A DNA stretch of 64,000 nucleotides from Candidatus Saccharimonadota bacterium (GTDB lineage Bacteria; Patescibacteriota; Saccharimonadia; Saccharimonadales; Saccharimonadaceae): NCBI GenBank assembly GCA_017404935.1, contig JAFRBI010000006.1:32379-96378 (forward strand), read 5' to 3'. The position numbers and the translations under genes were made by a program. Below the pieces are notes generated by a model, which had not been told where the DNA came from, did not search any database, and saw only the letters and a list, made by a program, of their open reading frames with translations. Positions 50,024 through 60,408 of the stretch are shown one piece after another. Within the stretch, counting starts at the first letter, position 1. The number at the start of each line of letters is the position of its first letter.

Positions 50024-51745
50024 TTTTAACGCCATAAAGTCTACTTTGCCAAGTTTGGTTTTTGGAAGCTCTTTTACGAATTCTAGTTCGCGTGGCATCT
50101 CGTATTTGGCGAGATATTTTTTATAAAGTTTATTTAGATCTTTTTTAGCGGCGTGGGCGCTTTCTTCTGGTTTTAAGACAATAAATACTTTGACAATTTC
50201 GCCACGAAGTTTGTCTGGAATGCCTACACAAATACAGGTATCAACATACTTAGATTTTAATGTAGCTTCTTCTACGTTTGAAGGGTAAATATTATAACCA
50301 TTTGAAATAATCATTCTTTTTAGTCTAGCCTTAAAGTAAACTACGCCGTTTTCATCTACATAGCCAATATCGCCGGTTCTTAGATATTTTTTGCCGCCAA
50401 CTTTAACAAAAGTTTTTTCGGTTTCTTTAGGGTTGTTTAAGTATTCTTTCATAATGGTGAGGCCACGCACTAAGATTTCACCACTTTCACCGGTTTTTAC
50501 AGGCTTTTTGGTTTTTGGGTCTACAATTAAAGCTTCGCTGTCTGGAAGAGGGAAGCCAATCGCGTTATCTAGGCCCGCTACTTTTTTGGCCGAGAAAATC
50601 ATACCACCAGCAGCTTCGGTGAGGCCGTAGCCGTTTTGAATGACTGCCTTTGAGCCGTGATCTTTCAAGAATTTATTAATATCGTCTTTTAGGGACTGGC
50701 TGACAATATCGCCACCTGATACTACACCTTTAATGCGTCTGAGCTCTCTCGGGCCAAACTTAACTTTCATCATATATTCAAATACTGTAGGCACCCCCAC
50801 AAGTACGTTGATACGATAATTCTTAATATATTTTTTGAGTTTTTTGGCGTTGAACTGTGGAATTAGGACCATACGCATGCCGCAGTAAAGTGGAATATGC
50901 ATACAAACCCCCATACCAAAAGCGTGGAAATTTGGGAGAAAACAAAGCATAGAATAACGAGGCTTCAAAAGCTCAGAAACTAGATACTTAGCACCGAGAG
51001 CCTGGGCGTTAAAATTCATACTAGTCAATACTACGCCTTTTGGTTTGCCGGTAGTACCACCAGAATAGAGAATGATGGCTGGATCATCTGGTTTCATATG
51101 AACGTGCGGATCTTCGGTGTATTTGAGAGATTTTAGCATAAATCTATCCCAAGTCATCACGTTTTGAGAACGTTTAATGTGATTTTTTCTGCCTTTGGTA
51201 AGTTTAAATAAAAGCCTTACCAAAAAGTCCATCGAACGAGTAGGGGAGACTACAATTAAGTGCTCTACATCGGTATTTTTGATGATGTTTTCTACTCTAG
51301 GATAGGTAACATCAATACAAAGCATCATTTTGGACTTTGACTGAATTAAATAATCTTCGATTTCTTTTTCGGAAGAAAGTGGGTGCACCATATTAGCCAC
51401 GGCACCAATCTCGTTTACGGCATAAAACATATAAACTGCTTCTGGGGTGTTTGGCATACAGATGGTAACGAAATCACCCTTTTTAATACCGAGAGCCTTC
51501 ATCGCGGCGGCAGCCTTATTAATCTTTTTGATCATTTCTTTGTAGGAAATTTCCATTTTGAAGTATTCAAGAGCAGTGCGATTTGGATAACGCTCAGCAG
51601 AGCGTAAAATTGCCTCGTACATACTGCCTTCAAAATATTTTAATTCTTTAGGGAGTTTTTCAATATAACCATATTTGTTGCGTTCGATATAAACGTCTAG
51701 CTTACGCATGCCGCTTCGGACTTTGTTGTACAGGAATTCTAACAT
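50003..51745 (-). CDS. AMP-forming acyl-CoA ligase (FadD-like)
   Basis: YSGGTTGKPKG, NGYGLTEA, RTGDIG, GYNIYP, KLGKVD. Confidence 0.9.
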   Translation of the reverse strand: MLEFLYNKVRSGMRKLDVYIERNKYGYIEKLPKELKYFEGSMYEAILRSAERYPNRTALEYFKMEISYKEMIKKINKAAAAMKALGIKKGDFVTICMPNTPEAVYMFYAVNEIGAVANMVHPLSSEKEIEDYLIQSKSKMMLCIDVTYPRVENIIKNTDVEHLIVVSPTRSMDFLVRLLFKLTKGRKNHIKRSQNVMTWDRFMLKSLKYTEDPHVHMKPDDPAIILYSGGTTGKPKGVVLTSMNFNAQALGAKYLVSELLKPRYSMLCFLPNFHAFGMGVCMHIPLYCGMRMVLIPQFNAKKLKKYIKNYRINVLVGVPTVFEYMMKVKFGPRELRRIKGVVSGGDIVSQSLKDDINKFLKDHGSKAVIQNGYGLTEAAGGMIFSAKKVAGLDNAIGFPLPDSEALIVDPKTKKPVKTGESGEILVRGLTIMKEYLNNPKETEKTFVKVGGKKYLRTGDIGYVDENGVVYFKARLKRMIISNGYNIYPSNVEEATLKSKYVDTCICVGIPDKLRGEIVKVFIVLKPEESAHAAKKDLNKLYKKYLAKYEMPRELEFVKELPKTKLGKVDFMALKENRQAL

Positions 51746-51771
51746 ATATATATTATATCATATACGGATAT

Positions 51772-52596
51772 TTATTCAGGTAGGGCCAACTGTATTTTTG
51801 AGAGTGCCGAAAGTTGCTTACTCACCATTTCACGAAGTAATAATAAACGTTCGGGCTGAGATTTATTCTGACTAATTAAAATTGCGTTGTAGCTTTCTAG
51901 ATTTGCCAAAACCAATAATTGATCTATGGTAGCTTCGTCACGGATATTACCTTTTTTCCTTTTATTTTCGGTGCGCCACTCGCTAGCAGTTTTGCCAAAT
52001 AGAGCTACATTTAGTAAATCTGCTTCTTCTGCATATGTAAAATGAATTTGTCTTGGGGTTAGCTCTGGTGGAATTAAATTATTTTTAATCGCATCGGTAT
52101 GAATTCTATAATTGATTTTGCTAAGTTCGCGATTAAGGTTCCAGTTTAGAGATAATTTTGAGTTTTCGTCTGATTTGATACGTTGGTAGTCTTTTATGAT
52201 ATATAATTTAAACTCTGCCGAAATCCAAGATGCAAATTCAAAGGCGATATCGGAATGGGCGTAGGTGCCACCATAGCGACCAGATTTGGCTACAATACCA
52301 ACAGCATTAACCGTATTTATCCATTTTTGCGGAGACATCGAAAATGCATTGTATCCAGCTTCATTTCTAAACCCTTCAAATTCGACGGGTTTAAAATTTG
52401 GGTTATGCAATTCTTCCCATAAGCCAAGAAAAGTGATGGTTTCTTTTGACTTCATCCAAGTGCGAATAGCGTCATTCGGGTCGTCGCTTTTATATTTCGC
52501 AATATCCGTGAGCGAAATAAATTCGTTCTCAAAATCGTTGGTATAGATGCCAATTTTTAGTCCTTTGGCGTGAATAGTTTCTTGAACCTTTATCAT
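51772..52596 (-). CDS. KilA-N domain DNA-binding protein
   Basis: ISLTDIAK, GRYGGTYAHSDIAFEFASWIS. Confidence 0.88.
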   Translation of the reverse strand: MIKVQETIHAKGLKIGIYTNDFENEFISLTDIAKYKSDDPNDAIRTWMKSKETITFLGLWEELHNPNFKPVEFEGFRNEAGYNAFSMSPQKWINTVNAVGIVAKSGRYGGTYAHSDIAFEFASWISAEFKLYIIKDYQRIKSDENSKLSLNWNLNRELSKINYRIHTDAIKNNLIPPELTPRQIHFTYAEEADLLNVALFGKTASEWRTENKRKKGNIRDEATIDQLLVLANLESYNAILISQNKSQPERLLLLREMVSKQLSALSKIQLALPE

Positions 52597-52742
52597 AGTA
52601 ACTCCTTTATTTTAGATGGAGTTCTTCTATCATATCTGGTACAAAAATTCAACCCCCTACTCATCTACCTCTGTTAGAGTTTTAGCCTAGGCGGAATGAT
52701 ATGGTGAAAAAGTTGTGAAATTTGAGATTGCGGTTATGGTAA

Positions 52743-54680
52743 TTATCTGGCGATACAGCGAACCACAAAACCATTTCTCCTAGCAAAATCACCGCGCTTG
52801 GGGTCTATAGTATTTCCGTCAGAACCTTGTATAATCAACCCGCGCATATTTGCACCAGTCGAATAAGTAGACCCCCAGTATGTTCCATCGACATTCTGAT
52901 AGACAAAACCGTTATTCCGAATAGACCCAGAGAATATACCAGAAAATGCGGTCTTAAAATCTACTTTAGTAGCATACGCTTCATAAAGAGTTTCGTATTC
53001 GCCCGATGAACCACTAGTAGGCATTCTCCAACCAGATGGACAAACATCATATAATGCATTACCGACGCCGGACCCTTCCGGCATGCAATACGTGCCAGCA
53101 GAAGCAGCACAATAATTAAAATAAGTTCCCATTTTATTACTGCCGATGCCCCAAGTAGTGTCAACAACAGTATTAGCATAAGTAGTATTAATTAATGGTG
53201 TAGTGAATGTCGTGAAACCAGTATTTGTCGAGGCTGGGAGTACAAAAGTGGTTGATGGTGACATATTAGTATTCGTGGTAGATAAACTTTGGGTTAAAGC
53301 TATAGCGCCAAGACGAAGATTGTCTAGCATCCATATTTTGCCATCTGCAAGTTTTGCCACCTTGTAGGTTTGCCCATCGCGAACATCCACTAGATCAGCA
53401 GTGGCACCAATTGCGGTATTTCTGGTCATAGCTGGCGTGACATCTTGTAAATTGGTGGCGTCGGCAATAGTCTGAGTATCTAGAATACAGCGAATATAAA
53501 AACCATGACCTGGAACATCTTCTTGGACTCTTAATGTATTTGAATCAATATTATATATTAAACGATACCTCCAGCCTATGTGTTCTGTGCTTGAGGTTAA
53601 TGTAGAAGACCAGAAATAACCATTGCTAGAATATGATAATGCGCCACCAAAATATCCTCCACCTGCATTTGGCGAATATTGATCCACATAGCTGAGTACG
53701 CCCATTTGTTCTGAATAAGTTGGTAGTCGCCAACCTGAAGGGCAAATACTATATTTAGCTTCACTTGTGACCCCACTAGTAATGGTACCGGCAGAAGCTG
53801 CAACATAGTTATACCACGCCGTAGGGTTATTATTGTTGTCTACGCCAATATGCATTTGTCCTTTTACGTATGACGCAGTATTTCCATCTAATTCTTCCCA
53901 TTCTCCAGTACCATTGATTAAGTACGGATTAGCATCAGTATATTGCGCAGCTACGTTGGAAGTAGCGGAAGATAGTTCTGTGCCTGTAAATCTAAGGTTT
54001 TCTATCATCCAGCAATTGCCATCAGCGAGCCTTCTTACTTTGTATGGTATTCCATCTCTTTGGTCTGCAATTACCATCGGGGTTTCGGTACATTCTGATG
54101 GGTTCATAGTTTGCATATAATTGGTAGAAACTACCGGCACAATAGAAAAGTTTAATGCTATCTCATATGTCCCAGCAGATTGTAAATAATCTATTTTGGC
54201 AGCTAATGTCATATTAGTGGTCTTTTCAGTTGGGCCAGTAGAAGAAGATACTACATTGCCAGAAGCAAATGGTAAGTAATTACCACTATCTAGTTTATAG
54301 CCCCAATAGTTTGCCGGGAAATTAGCATCTGTGTAGCCAGAGCTAGTAAGAGTAGGAATGGTATAGGTAGAATCATCTGTATTAACAAGTTCTGTCCCGG
54401 TAGCATTTACAAACACTTGATAACCAGACTCATTATTGGTGCCCACGGTAATAGGAATAGTTTTAGTGTCAAAAGGTTTAGAAGCCGGGTTTAGGCTCAT
54501 AGAAATACTGGAAATTGGAATTGTAAAAGTGAGTGATGGACGGACACGAACATTAGTTTGCATATTATCTGCAAAAGCAGAGTCGCCAGAAAATGACAGA
54601 AAAATACCTAGAACTAATACTATATATAATATATAGTGACTTTTCGTTCGGTTTTTTAGAGCTTGTATGGTCCTGTGCAT
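52743..54680 (-). CDS. secreted/surface protein with two FISUMP-like domains
   Basis: Signal region; two D.RDG..Y.V..LADG..WM..NL ... CPSGWR.PT ... RC repeats. Confidence 0.78.
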   Translation of the reverse strand: MHRTIQALKNRTKSHYILYIVLVLGIFLSFSGDSAFADNMQTNVRVRPSLTFTIPISSISMSLNPASKPFDTKTIPITVGTNNESGYQVFVNATGTELVNTDDSTYTIPTLTSSGYTDANFPANYWGYKLDSGNYLPFASGNVVSSSTGPTEKTTNMTLAAKIDYLQSAGTYEIALNFSIVPVVSTNYMQTMNPSECTETPMVIADQRDGIPYKVRRLADGNCWMIENLRFTGTELSSATSNVAAQYTDANPYLINGTGEWEELDGNTASYVKGQMHIGVDNNNNPTAWYNYVAASAGTITSGVTSEAKYSICPSGWRLPTYSEQMGVLSYVDQYSPNAGGGYFGGALSYSSNGYFWSSTLTSSTEHIGWRYRLIYNIDSNTLRVQEDVPGHGFYIRCILDTQTIADATNLQDVTPAMTRNTAIGATADLVDVRDGQTYKVAKLADGKIWMLDNLRLGAIALTQSLSTTNTNMSPSTTFVLPASTNTGFTTFTTPLINTTYANTVVDTTWGIGSNKMGTYFNYCAASAGTYCMPEGSGVGNALYDVCPSGWRMPTSGSSGEYETLYEAYATKVDFKTAFSGIFSGSIRNNGFVYQNVDGTYWGSTYSTGANMRGLIIQGSDGNTIDPKRGDFARRNGFVVRCIAR

Positions 54681-54717
54681 TTTTACCTCGCTTCTATTAA
54701 CCCTATGGGGCTGAAAT

Positions 54718-54878
54718 AAAAATCAGCACCGTAGGCTGCTACCGTCCTATCTGAACGCACTCCAGAGAGTTTAAACGCCAAATCAGACTACCTGCGGTGC
54801 TGATTTTTACGTTCAAACTCAATTGGTTTATTTAAGGCACAATATGTTTTTTGACATATTACAAATAGAACGGTAGCA
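54718..54878 (-). promoter_or_regulatory. structured 5' leader, copy 2 (stem AAAAATCAGCACCG/CGGTGCTGATTTTT plus upstream antisense box)
   Basis: Same architecture as 11448-11583. Confidence 0.7.
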
Positions 54879-54923
54879 TTTGTTCTGATACCATTATAAC
54901 ATAAACAAAATTAAAAATACAAG

Positions 54924-56150
54924 CTAATTTTGCAAAAGTTTCGCGAATTTGGCGCGAAGGCCTTTTTCTTCTGGATTTCCTTCCAAAGTATCGGTACCAA
55001 CACGAAGAAGCCCTAGCGCTGTAGCAAAGGAATGATCTAAGTCTTTAGCAAAGTCGCCCAAAATCAAATTTGGCAAACCATTTACGTCCAAAAGATTAAT
55101 CACCGGGCGGCGAGAAAATGGCAAATTTGCGTACCAGTCGGACATAGCGAGTTCTTCTTGAAGGAGAGAAAGACCAGCGCCACCACCGCAAAGCATGATA
55201 TTTCGAGGAAGTGTGCCGATAGAATCAAAATCTTCGAGCGCCACTTCTACACCAGTAAACCATACAGAAAGGTTGCGAGAAAGAGCAGTTTCCACTTTGG
55301 CTTTTACTTTGTCGTCTAGTTTGCCAGTATCATAGTCTAATTTATATTTTTCGGCAGTTTCGTAATCTACACCAAGACCTTCTTCGATTTGGCGAGTAAA
55401 GCTTTTGCCGCCAATAGAAAACATTTTGGTGCCTTCTACGCCGCCGTCATCAATAATGGCGATATCGGTAGTGCCGCCACCAATATCCATCACTACGCCT
55501 GAAAAACTAGAATCTAAATCATCGCCAAGACAAGCGCGACAAACTGCGAATGGCTCTACTGCCACAGTAAGTAAATCTAGATTAAGTTCGGCGCAAACTT
55601 TTTCGATAGCCGAAACGTGAATCATTGGCGCAAAGGCTGTATAAAATTGAATCACTACGTCTGAGCCATTAAAACCAATTGGATTAGAAATCTTGTAGCC
55701 GTCAATCATTAAAGACACAATTGCAGAATTAATGAGGCGAACTTCTACGTTTTTGTTGCCAGTCTCTAGTGCTACGGTTTTTTTGGCGACTTCACCAGAT
55801 TTTTGCTGAACGCGTTCAATAATATTTTGCATTTCGGTATCGGTGATAGGTTTTTTTGGATCTTTTCTAGCGTAATGCACCGTGGTAGTGTTGCCTTTAA
55901 TCAGCTCGCCGGCGATACCCACTACCGTAAGTTCGGCGCGTTCGCCAGATTGGTCTTCTACTTTAACAAGTGCCTCTTCACAAGTGGCCACTACGGCTGG
56001 AATATCGGCAATAGCGCCATTATACATATTGCCTTCTTTTTGGCGAACTTTTGCTACACCCAAAATTTCGATGTCGCCCTTTTTGGCTGGTTTTGCCAGG
56101 ACGGCTTTAACAAATTCGGTGCCAATATCTAGCCCTAATATAGTGCTCAT
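54924..56150 (-). CDS. FtsA-family actin-like ATPase
   Basis: LGLDIGTEFVK, VEPFA, MDIGGGTTD, IMLCGGGA. Confidence 0.8.
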   Translation of the reverse strand: MSTILGLDIGTEFVKAVLAKPAKKGDIEILGVAKVRQKEGNMYNGAIADIPAVVATCEEALVKVEDQSGERAELTVVGIAGELIKGNTTTVHYARKDPKKPITDTEMQNIIERVQQKSGEVAKKTVALETGNKNVEVRLINSAIVSLMIDGYKISNPIGFNGSDVVIQFYTAFAPMIHVSAIEKVCAELNLDLLTVAVEPFAVCRACLGDDLDSSFSGVVMDIGGGTTDIAIIDDGGVEGTKMFSIGGKSFTRQIEEGLGVDYETAEKYKLDYDTGKLDDKVKAKVETALSRNLSVWFTGVEVALEDFDSIGTLPRNIMLCGGGAGLSLLQEELAMSDWYANLPFSRRPVINLLDVNGLPNLILGDFAKDLDHSFATALGLLRVGTDTLEGNPEEKGLRAKFAKLLQN

Positions 56151-56896
56151 GGTTCTAGTATAACATATTTACCGGGTTTTAGTCCAGAAAGTTGATAGAT
56201 ACCAAAATTAGTCCGGTGCAACTTTTTTACTTTGTAGCCAAGCGCAGCAAAAGTCCTTCTGATTTGGCGATTTCTGCCTTCGGAAAGTTTAACTATATAT
56301 ACATTATTGTCATGAATAACAGTAAATTTGGATGGGCCATCGTCTAGCATCACGCCGTAGTCGGAAATCATTTGCTGATGCAGTGGCTCCAGTGGTTTAT
56401 CTAATTCTACTTCGTAGATTTTTTCTTTTTTGAATTTTGGGTGAGTGTGCTGAAAGGCAAAATCGCCGTCGTTAGTTAAGAGAATTAATCCGGAACTATC
56501 TTTGTCGAGCCGGCCGACGGTTTTTAATTTTTGATATTCTTTGGGCAAAAGTTCATAAATAGTAGGGGCGTCACCTTGGGCGCGGCGCGAACAAACGTAG
56601 CCCACCGGCTTGTTCATCGCAATATACAAGTAGTCCGTTTCAAACGGAACTATATTTCCATTATACCATACTTTGTCTGATTTGTCAAGTCTAGCGCCGA
56701 GCTCGGCTGGTTTATCATTGATTTTAACTTTACCAGCCTTGATTAAATCGTCGGCTTCGCGACGGGAAACGCCAATGCGCTCGGCAAGAAACTTGTTCAA
56801 GCGTAAGCATGCCTTCGGACACGCGTCGGCTCGGCCCGTCGTCACGGGCGAGCCGCGCTCTTCCTCGGTCGTGACCTCCGGACGGTCCTCAGGCAT
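56147..56896 (-). CDS. RsuA/RluB-family pseudouridine synthase with element-derived N-terminal extension
   Basis: RLNKFLA S4 start, NKPVG, VGRLDKDSSGL.LLTNDG, EGRNRQIRR. Confidence 0.93.
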   Translation of the reverse strand: MPEDRPEVTTEEERGSPVTTGRADACPKACLRLNKFLAERIGVSRREADDLIKAGKVKINDKPAELGARLDKSDKVWYNGNIVPFETDYLYIAMNKPVGYVCSRRAQGDAPTIYELLPKEYQKLKTVGRLDKDSSGLILLTNDGDFAFQHTHPKFKKEKIYEVELDKPLEPLHQQMISDYGVMLDDGPSKFTVIHDNNVYIVKLSEGRNRQIRRTFAALGYKVKKLHRTNFGIYQLSGLKPGKYVILEP

Positions 56897-56921
56897 TACT
56901 TACGCTTTCAACAGGTTGCTT
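56786..56921 (+). repeat. GC-rich hairpin element (core 56815-56890) with ~30-bp inverted arms at the response regulator/pseudouridine synthase junction
   Basis: cccgtcgtcacggg core; arms aagaaacttgttcaagcgtaagcatgcct / aggcattacttacgctttcaacaggttgctt. Confidence 0.9.
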
Positions 56922-57287
56922 GTCGCCCAACACTTCGTGAATGGCATTGACCACATCTTCGATGCCAACTTGCGATTTGACTAAATATCTATCACAGCCA
57001 AGTCTTTCGCCACGGGCACGCTGATCGTCGGCTGATAGTGCAGTCATCATAATTACGTGAATGTTGGCAGTTTCTGGCGTATTTCTCAAAATGTCTAGCA
57101 TATCAAAACCAGAAATTTTTGGCATCATCACGTCTGATAAAATCAAATCTGGTTTTTCGCGAACTGCCACGGCAAGCGCCTCCTCGCCATCGCCAGCTGA
57201 TACGACCTCGTAGCCTTCTGCTGTGATGCGAATGCTGTAAATCTCGCGAAGTGCAGCATCGTCTTCTACTACCATTACTTTACTCAT
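56889..57287 (-). CDS. single-domain response regulator receiver
   Basis: VVEDD, LILSDVMMP..SG, MTA, YLVK. Confidence 0.93.
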   Translation of the reverse strand: MSKVMVVEDDAALREIYSIRITAEGYEVVSAGDGEEALAVAVREKPDLILSDVMMPKISGFDMLDILRNTPETANIHVIMMTALSADDQRARGERLGCDRYLVKSQVGIEDVVNAIHEVLGDKQPVESVSNA

Positions 57288-58537
57288 TATTGTCCTCCTT
57301 GGTTATTTACCATTTTAGCATTTTCTACAGCAATCATACGTTTATTATATTCCTCAGCGGAAATTCTAGGAAGCGAAACATAAAATGTGGTGCCTTCATT
57401 AAACACCGACTCTGCCCAAACGCGGCCACCCATAGCTTCAACACGTTGTTTAACAAGATAAAGCCCGAGACCGTTGCCACCAATTTCGCGCGTGTCGGAA
57501 TTGTCGGCGCGATAGAACTTTTGAAAAATATGGGCGAGATCTTCACCAGAAATACCGATGCCAGTATCAGTGACGTTAATTAATACACGGTCGCCATCAC
57601 CCATAACATTAATATATACAGAGCCACCTTCTTTGGTGTATTTAATAGCGTTATCGATGAGATTGTCCATTATTTCGCGCATAAAATCGACGTCAATAGA
57701 GCCATAAATCATTTGTTCTAAACGATGGTCGTCGGCAGCTGCTGGGTTGGTAGCGCCAAATGAAAGAGTGATGTTTTTTGCTTTGGCTTTTTCTAAATGG
57801 TCGGCAGCGACCTGTTTAACGAAACTAACCATTTCGGCTGGGACAAATTGTGGGCGAATGCGGCCATCATCTAGCTTGGTGACGTCTAGTAAATCTTGGA
57901 AAAGTTTGCCCAAATGCTCGGAAGCTTTTTTGGCAGATTCGAGGTAGCCACGGGCGTGCTCATCAACAGTGGCAGTTTGTGGGTTAAGACATAAAGCGAG
58001 ATAACCGTCAATAGTGGCAACAGGGGTGCGCATCTCGTGAGAAGCAGTAGAAATAAACTCGGTTTGCTCGCCTTCTTCGGCGAGTTCTTTTTCGATATTT
58101 CTAAAAGTAATAATGTGCCCACCACTAACTGGTAAAACTGTGATGGAAATTGGAATGCGTTTCATTGAAGCGCCAGAAATCAAGGCGCAGTCATAACCTT
58201 CTAGTGGCTGATTGGACTGAATTGCTCTAATTAAAGGGTTTTCTTCTGGGGTTAGCTCGCGACCTTCTTTGGTTTCAATTTTAAGAAGTAATGCGTAGTC
58301 TAAGCCCACGGCGTTTGATGGAGTTTTGCAATCGGTCATTGTGACGGCAGCTGGGTTAATAAACTGAATTACACCGTTTTGATCGGTCATCACTACGCCA
58401 TCATTGATATTGTTTAGGGCGACTTCGGCAAGCTGATTTTGATTTTGGCTTTGGTTTTGAGCTGGCACAGGAGTAGCAGCCGGAGCTGGTACTTCGGTAG
58501 TTTCTGAAGTTTTTTTCTTATTAAAAATATTTAACAT
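57287..58537 (-). CDS. PAS-domain sensor histidine kinase (cytoplasmic)
   Basis: ASHEMRTP, NLIDNAIKY, DTGIG, F.KFYR, GLGL. Confidence 0.95.
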   Translation of the reverse strand: MLNIFNKKKTSETTEVPAPAATPVPAQNQSQNQNQLAEVALNNINDGVVMTDQNGVIQFINPAAVTMTDCKTPSNAVGLDYALLLKIETKEGRELTPEENPLIRAIQSNQPLEGYDCALISGASMKRIPISITVLPVSGGHIITFRNIEKELAEEGEQTEFISTASHEMRTPVATIDGYLALCLNPQTATVDEHARGYLESAKKASEHLGKLFQDLLDVTKLDDGRIRPQFVPAEMVSFVKQVAADHLEKAKAKNITLSFGATNPAAADDHRLEQMIYGSIDVDFMREIMDNLIDNAIKYTKEGGSVYINVMGDGDRVLINVTDTGIGISGEDLAHIFQKFYRADNSDTREIGGNGLGLYLVKQRVEAMGGRVWAESVFNEGTTFYVSLPRISAEEYNKRMIAVENAKMVNNQGGQ

Positions 58538-58607
58538 CTCTTTTTATTTTAGCATAAGCCTCAAAAAAATGGTAGCGGTTAGAATGAAAGTGTGATATAT
58601 TAGAAAT

Positions 58608-60407
58608 ATGAATAAAGACGTCGTTTATATCGAGCCTGAAGAGGACATTACTGATATTATCGGTAAGATTGAAGGTTCTAAATCTAAAATTGTGGCTCTG
58701 GTACCGCCAAAGAAAGCTGGGGTATTTAGGAGTATTGTAAATATCAAATTAATTTCTAAAACAGCTGCGAATGCTGACAAAACTGTAGTTTTGGTTACTA
58801 CCGACCCATCTATTATCAAACTTGCAGCAGCCACTAAAATGCCAGTAACTAAAGATCTTAAATCTGCACCAAAAGTTCCAGAACCAGATGAGGAAATTGC
58901 CGAAGAAGACGAAAACGCCGAAGTGGTAGATGTAGATGAAGAAGCCGAGGAAGAGGAAGAAGAGAAAAAAGAGGAAGAAAAAAAGGAAGAACCTGAAGAA
59001 GATAAAGAAGAGTCCGAGGACGAACCTAAAGATAAAGAAGAAGATAAAGAAAAAGAGGAAGAGAAAGACGACGATTCTGATAAAAAGGAAGATAAAAAGG
59101 AAGATGAAAAAGCCGACAGGCCAAAAAAGAAGAATAAACTTGCAGAAAGCAAAAATCCGGTACTAAAATGGATTGGCACACATCAGAAACTGTCAATTGG
59201 TATTGGCGTAGGCTTTGTGCTATTTGTCTTGGTTTTGATTTGGATGTTTGCAATTGCACCTGCTGTAACGATCACTTTGAAACTTGAAACTCTCACTGGT
59301 AATTTTTCCGAAAATATCTCCTTCACTGATAAGCTCGCCGAAGAAAATGTAACCGAAGGCAAATTCTACATTGAAGAAAAGAAAATTGAAGAAAAAACTG
59401 AAGTAGAATTTGAAGCCACCGGCAAGAAAAATATCGGGGAAAAAGCTACGGGTAATTTGGTAATTTATGCTTATCTCAAAGAAGCTGGTACTGTCGCCGT
59501 AAAAGCTGGCACTGTATTTACTTATAATAGCAAACTCAAATTTACTTCTTCTGAAGATGTCAACCTTAGCTGGGACGGCAAAGACGCCAGTAAATGTGAC
59601 AACAAAAATAACGCTACTAGCCTGATTAAATCTGGTTGCCAAGTTTCTGGTAGAGTGAAGGTTGCGGCAACTGAACCTGGTGCTGGTTATAATGTAGCTG
59701 CTGCTAGTAGTGGCTGGAGTACTTCGGCGCAAGTAGGCGTTTATTCTGATACTGCAATGGCTGGTGGTACCGACAAGGAAGTAACTGTAGTGCAACAGTC
59801 TGATGTTGAAAAAGCTGTTAAAGAACTTAACAATGCTTCTACTGCCACTTCTGATACTGACAGCAAAGATAGTTCCAAAGCAAAAACTTACAAAGAAAAG
59901 CTTTACGAAACTGTGCCAGATGGGCAATTTGCAATTGATTCTAGCTACAAACAAACTACCGGCGATCCTACCTCTTCTCCTGCAGTAGGTGAGCAAGTAG
60001 AAGATGGCAAAAAAGCTAAACTCACCGTTACTATTACAGCTACCGTATTTACTATTGACGAAACCAAGCTCAAAGAGTTTATCACCGAAAAAGCTAAGCT
60101 CGAGAAGGGCTATAAGATCTACGAAATGAATGACCCATTTGTAGAAAACTTCTCTCAAACTGAAGCGGGCTATGTAGGCAAGCTCAAGACTTCTTACGTT
60201 GCTGGTTCTACCGTCACCGAAAACGATGTAGTAGAAACTGTTAAAGGTAAGGGTATTGGCACGGCTAAGCGCGATATTTCTGATAACTTTGACGGAATTA
60301 AGTCTATTGATATTACTACTTCTGTGCCTTGGGTGACTTCCGTTCCTGGCAACCCAGATAAAATCACTGTGATTATTAAGACTGAAGCCGATAAGAAAGA
60401 GGAATAA
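58608..60407 (+). CDS. hypothetical membrane-anchored protein with E/K/D-rich linker (possibly baseplate-J-like extracellular part)
   Basis: N-domain YIEPEEDIT, low-complexity linker, one TM, beta-rich C-region; family call is inference. Confidence 0.7.
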   Translation: MNKDVVYIEPEEDITDIIGKIEGSKSKIVALVPPKKAGVFRSIVNIKLISKTAANADKTVVLVTTDPSIIKLAAATKMPVTKDLKSAPKVPEPDEEIAEEDENAEVVDVDEEAEEEEEEKKEEEKKEEPEEDKEESEDEPKDKEEDKEKEEEKDDDSDKKEDKKEDEKADRPKKKNKLAESKNPVLKWIGTHQKLSIGIGVGFVLFVLVLIWMFAIAPAVTITLKLETLTGNFSENISFTDKLAEENVTEGKFYIEEKKIEEKTEVEFEATGKKNIGEKATGNLVIYAYLKEAGTVAVKAGTVFTYNSKLKFTSSEDVNLSWDGKDASKCDNKNNATSLIKSGCQVSGRVKVAATEPGAGYNVAAASSGWSTSAQVGVYSDTAMAGGTDKEVTVVQQSDVEKAVKELNNASTATSDTDSKDSSKAKTYKEKLYETVPDGQFAIDSSYKQTTGDPTSSPAVGEQVEDGKKAKLTVTITATVFTIDETKLKEFITEKAKLEKGYKIYEMNDPFVENFSQTEAGYVGKLKTSYVAGSTVTENDVVETVKGKGIGTAKRDISDNFDGIKSIDITTSVPWVTSVPGNPDKITVIIKTEADKKEE

Positions 60408-60408
60408 A

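Noticed and set aside
58860-59130. Purine-rich low-complexity stretch
   Set aside because: Explained by the Glu/Lys/Asp-rich protein linker.
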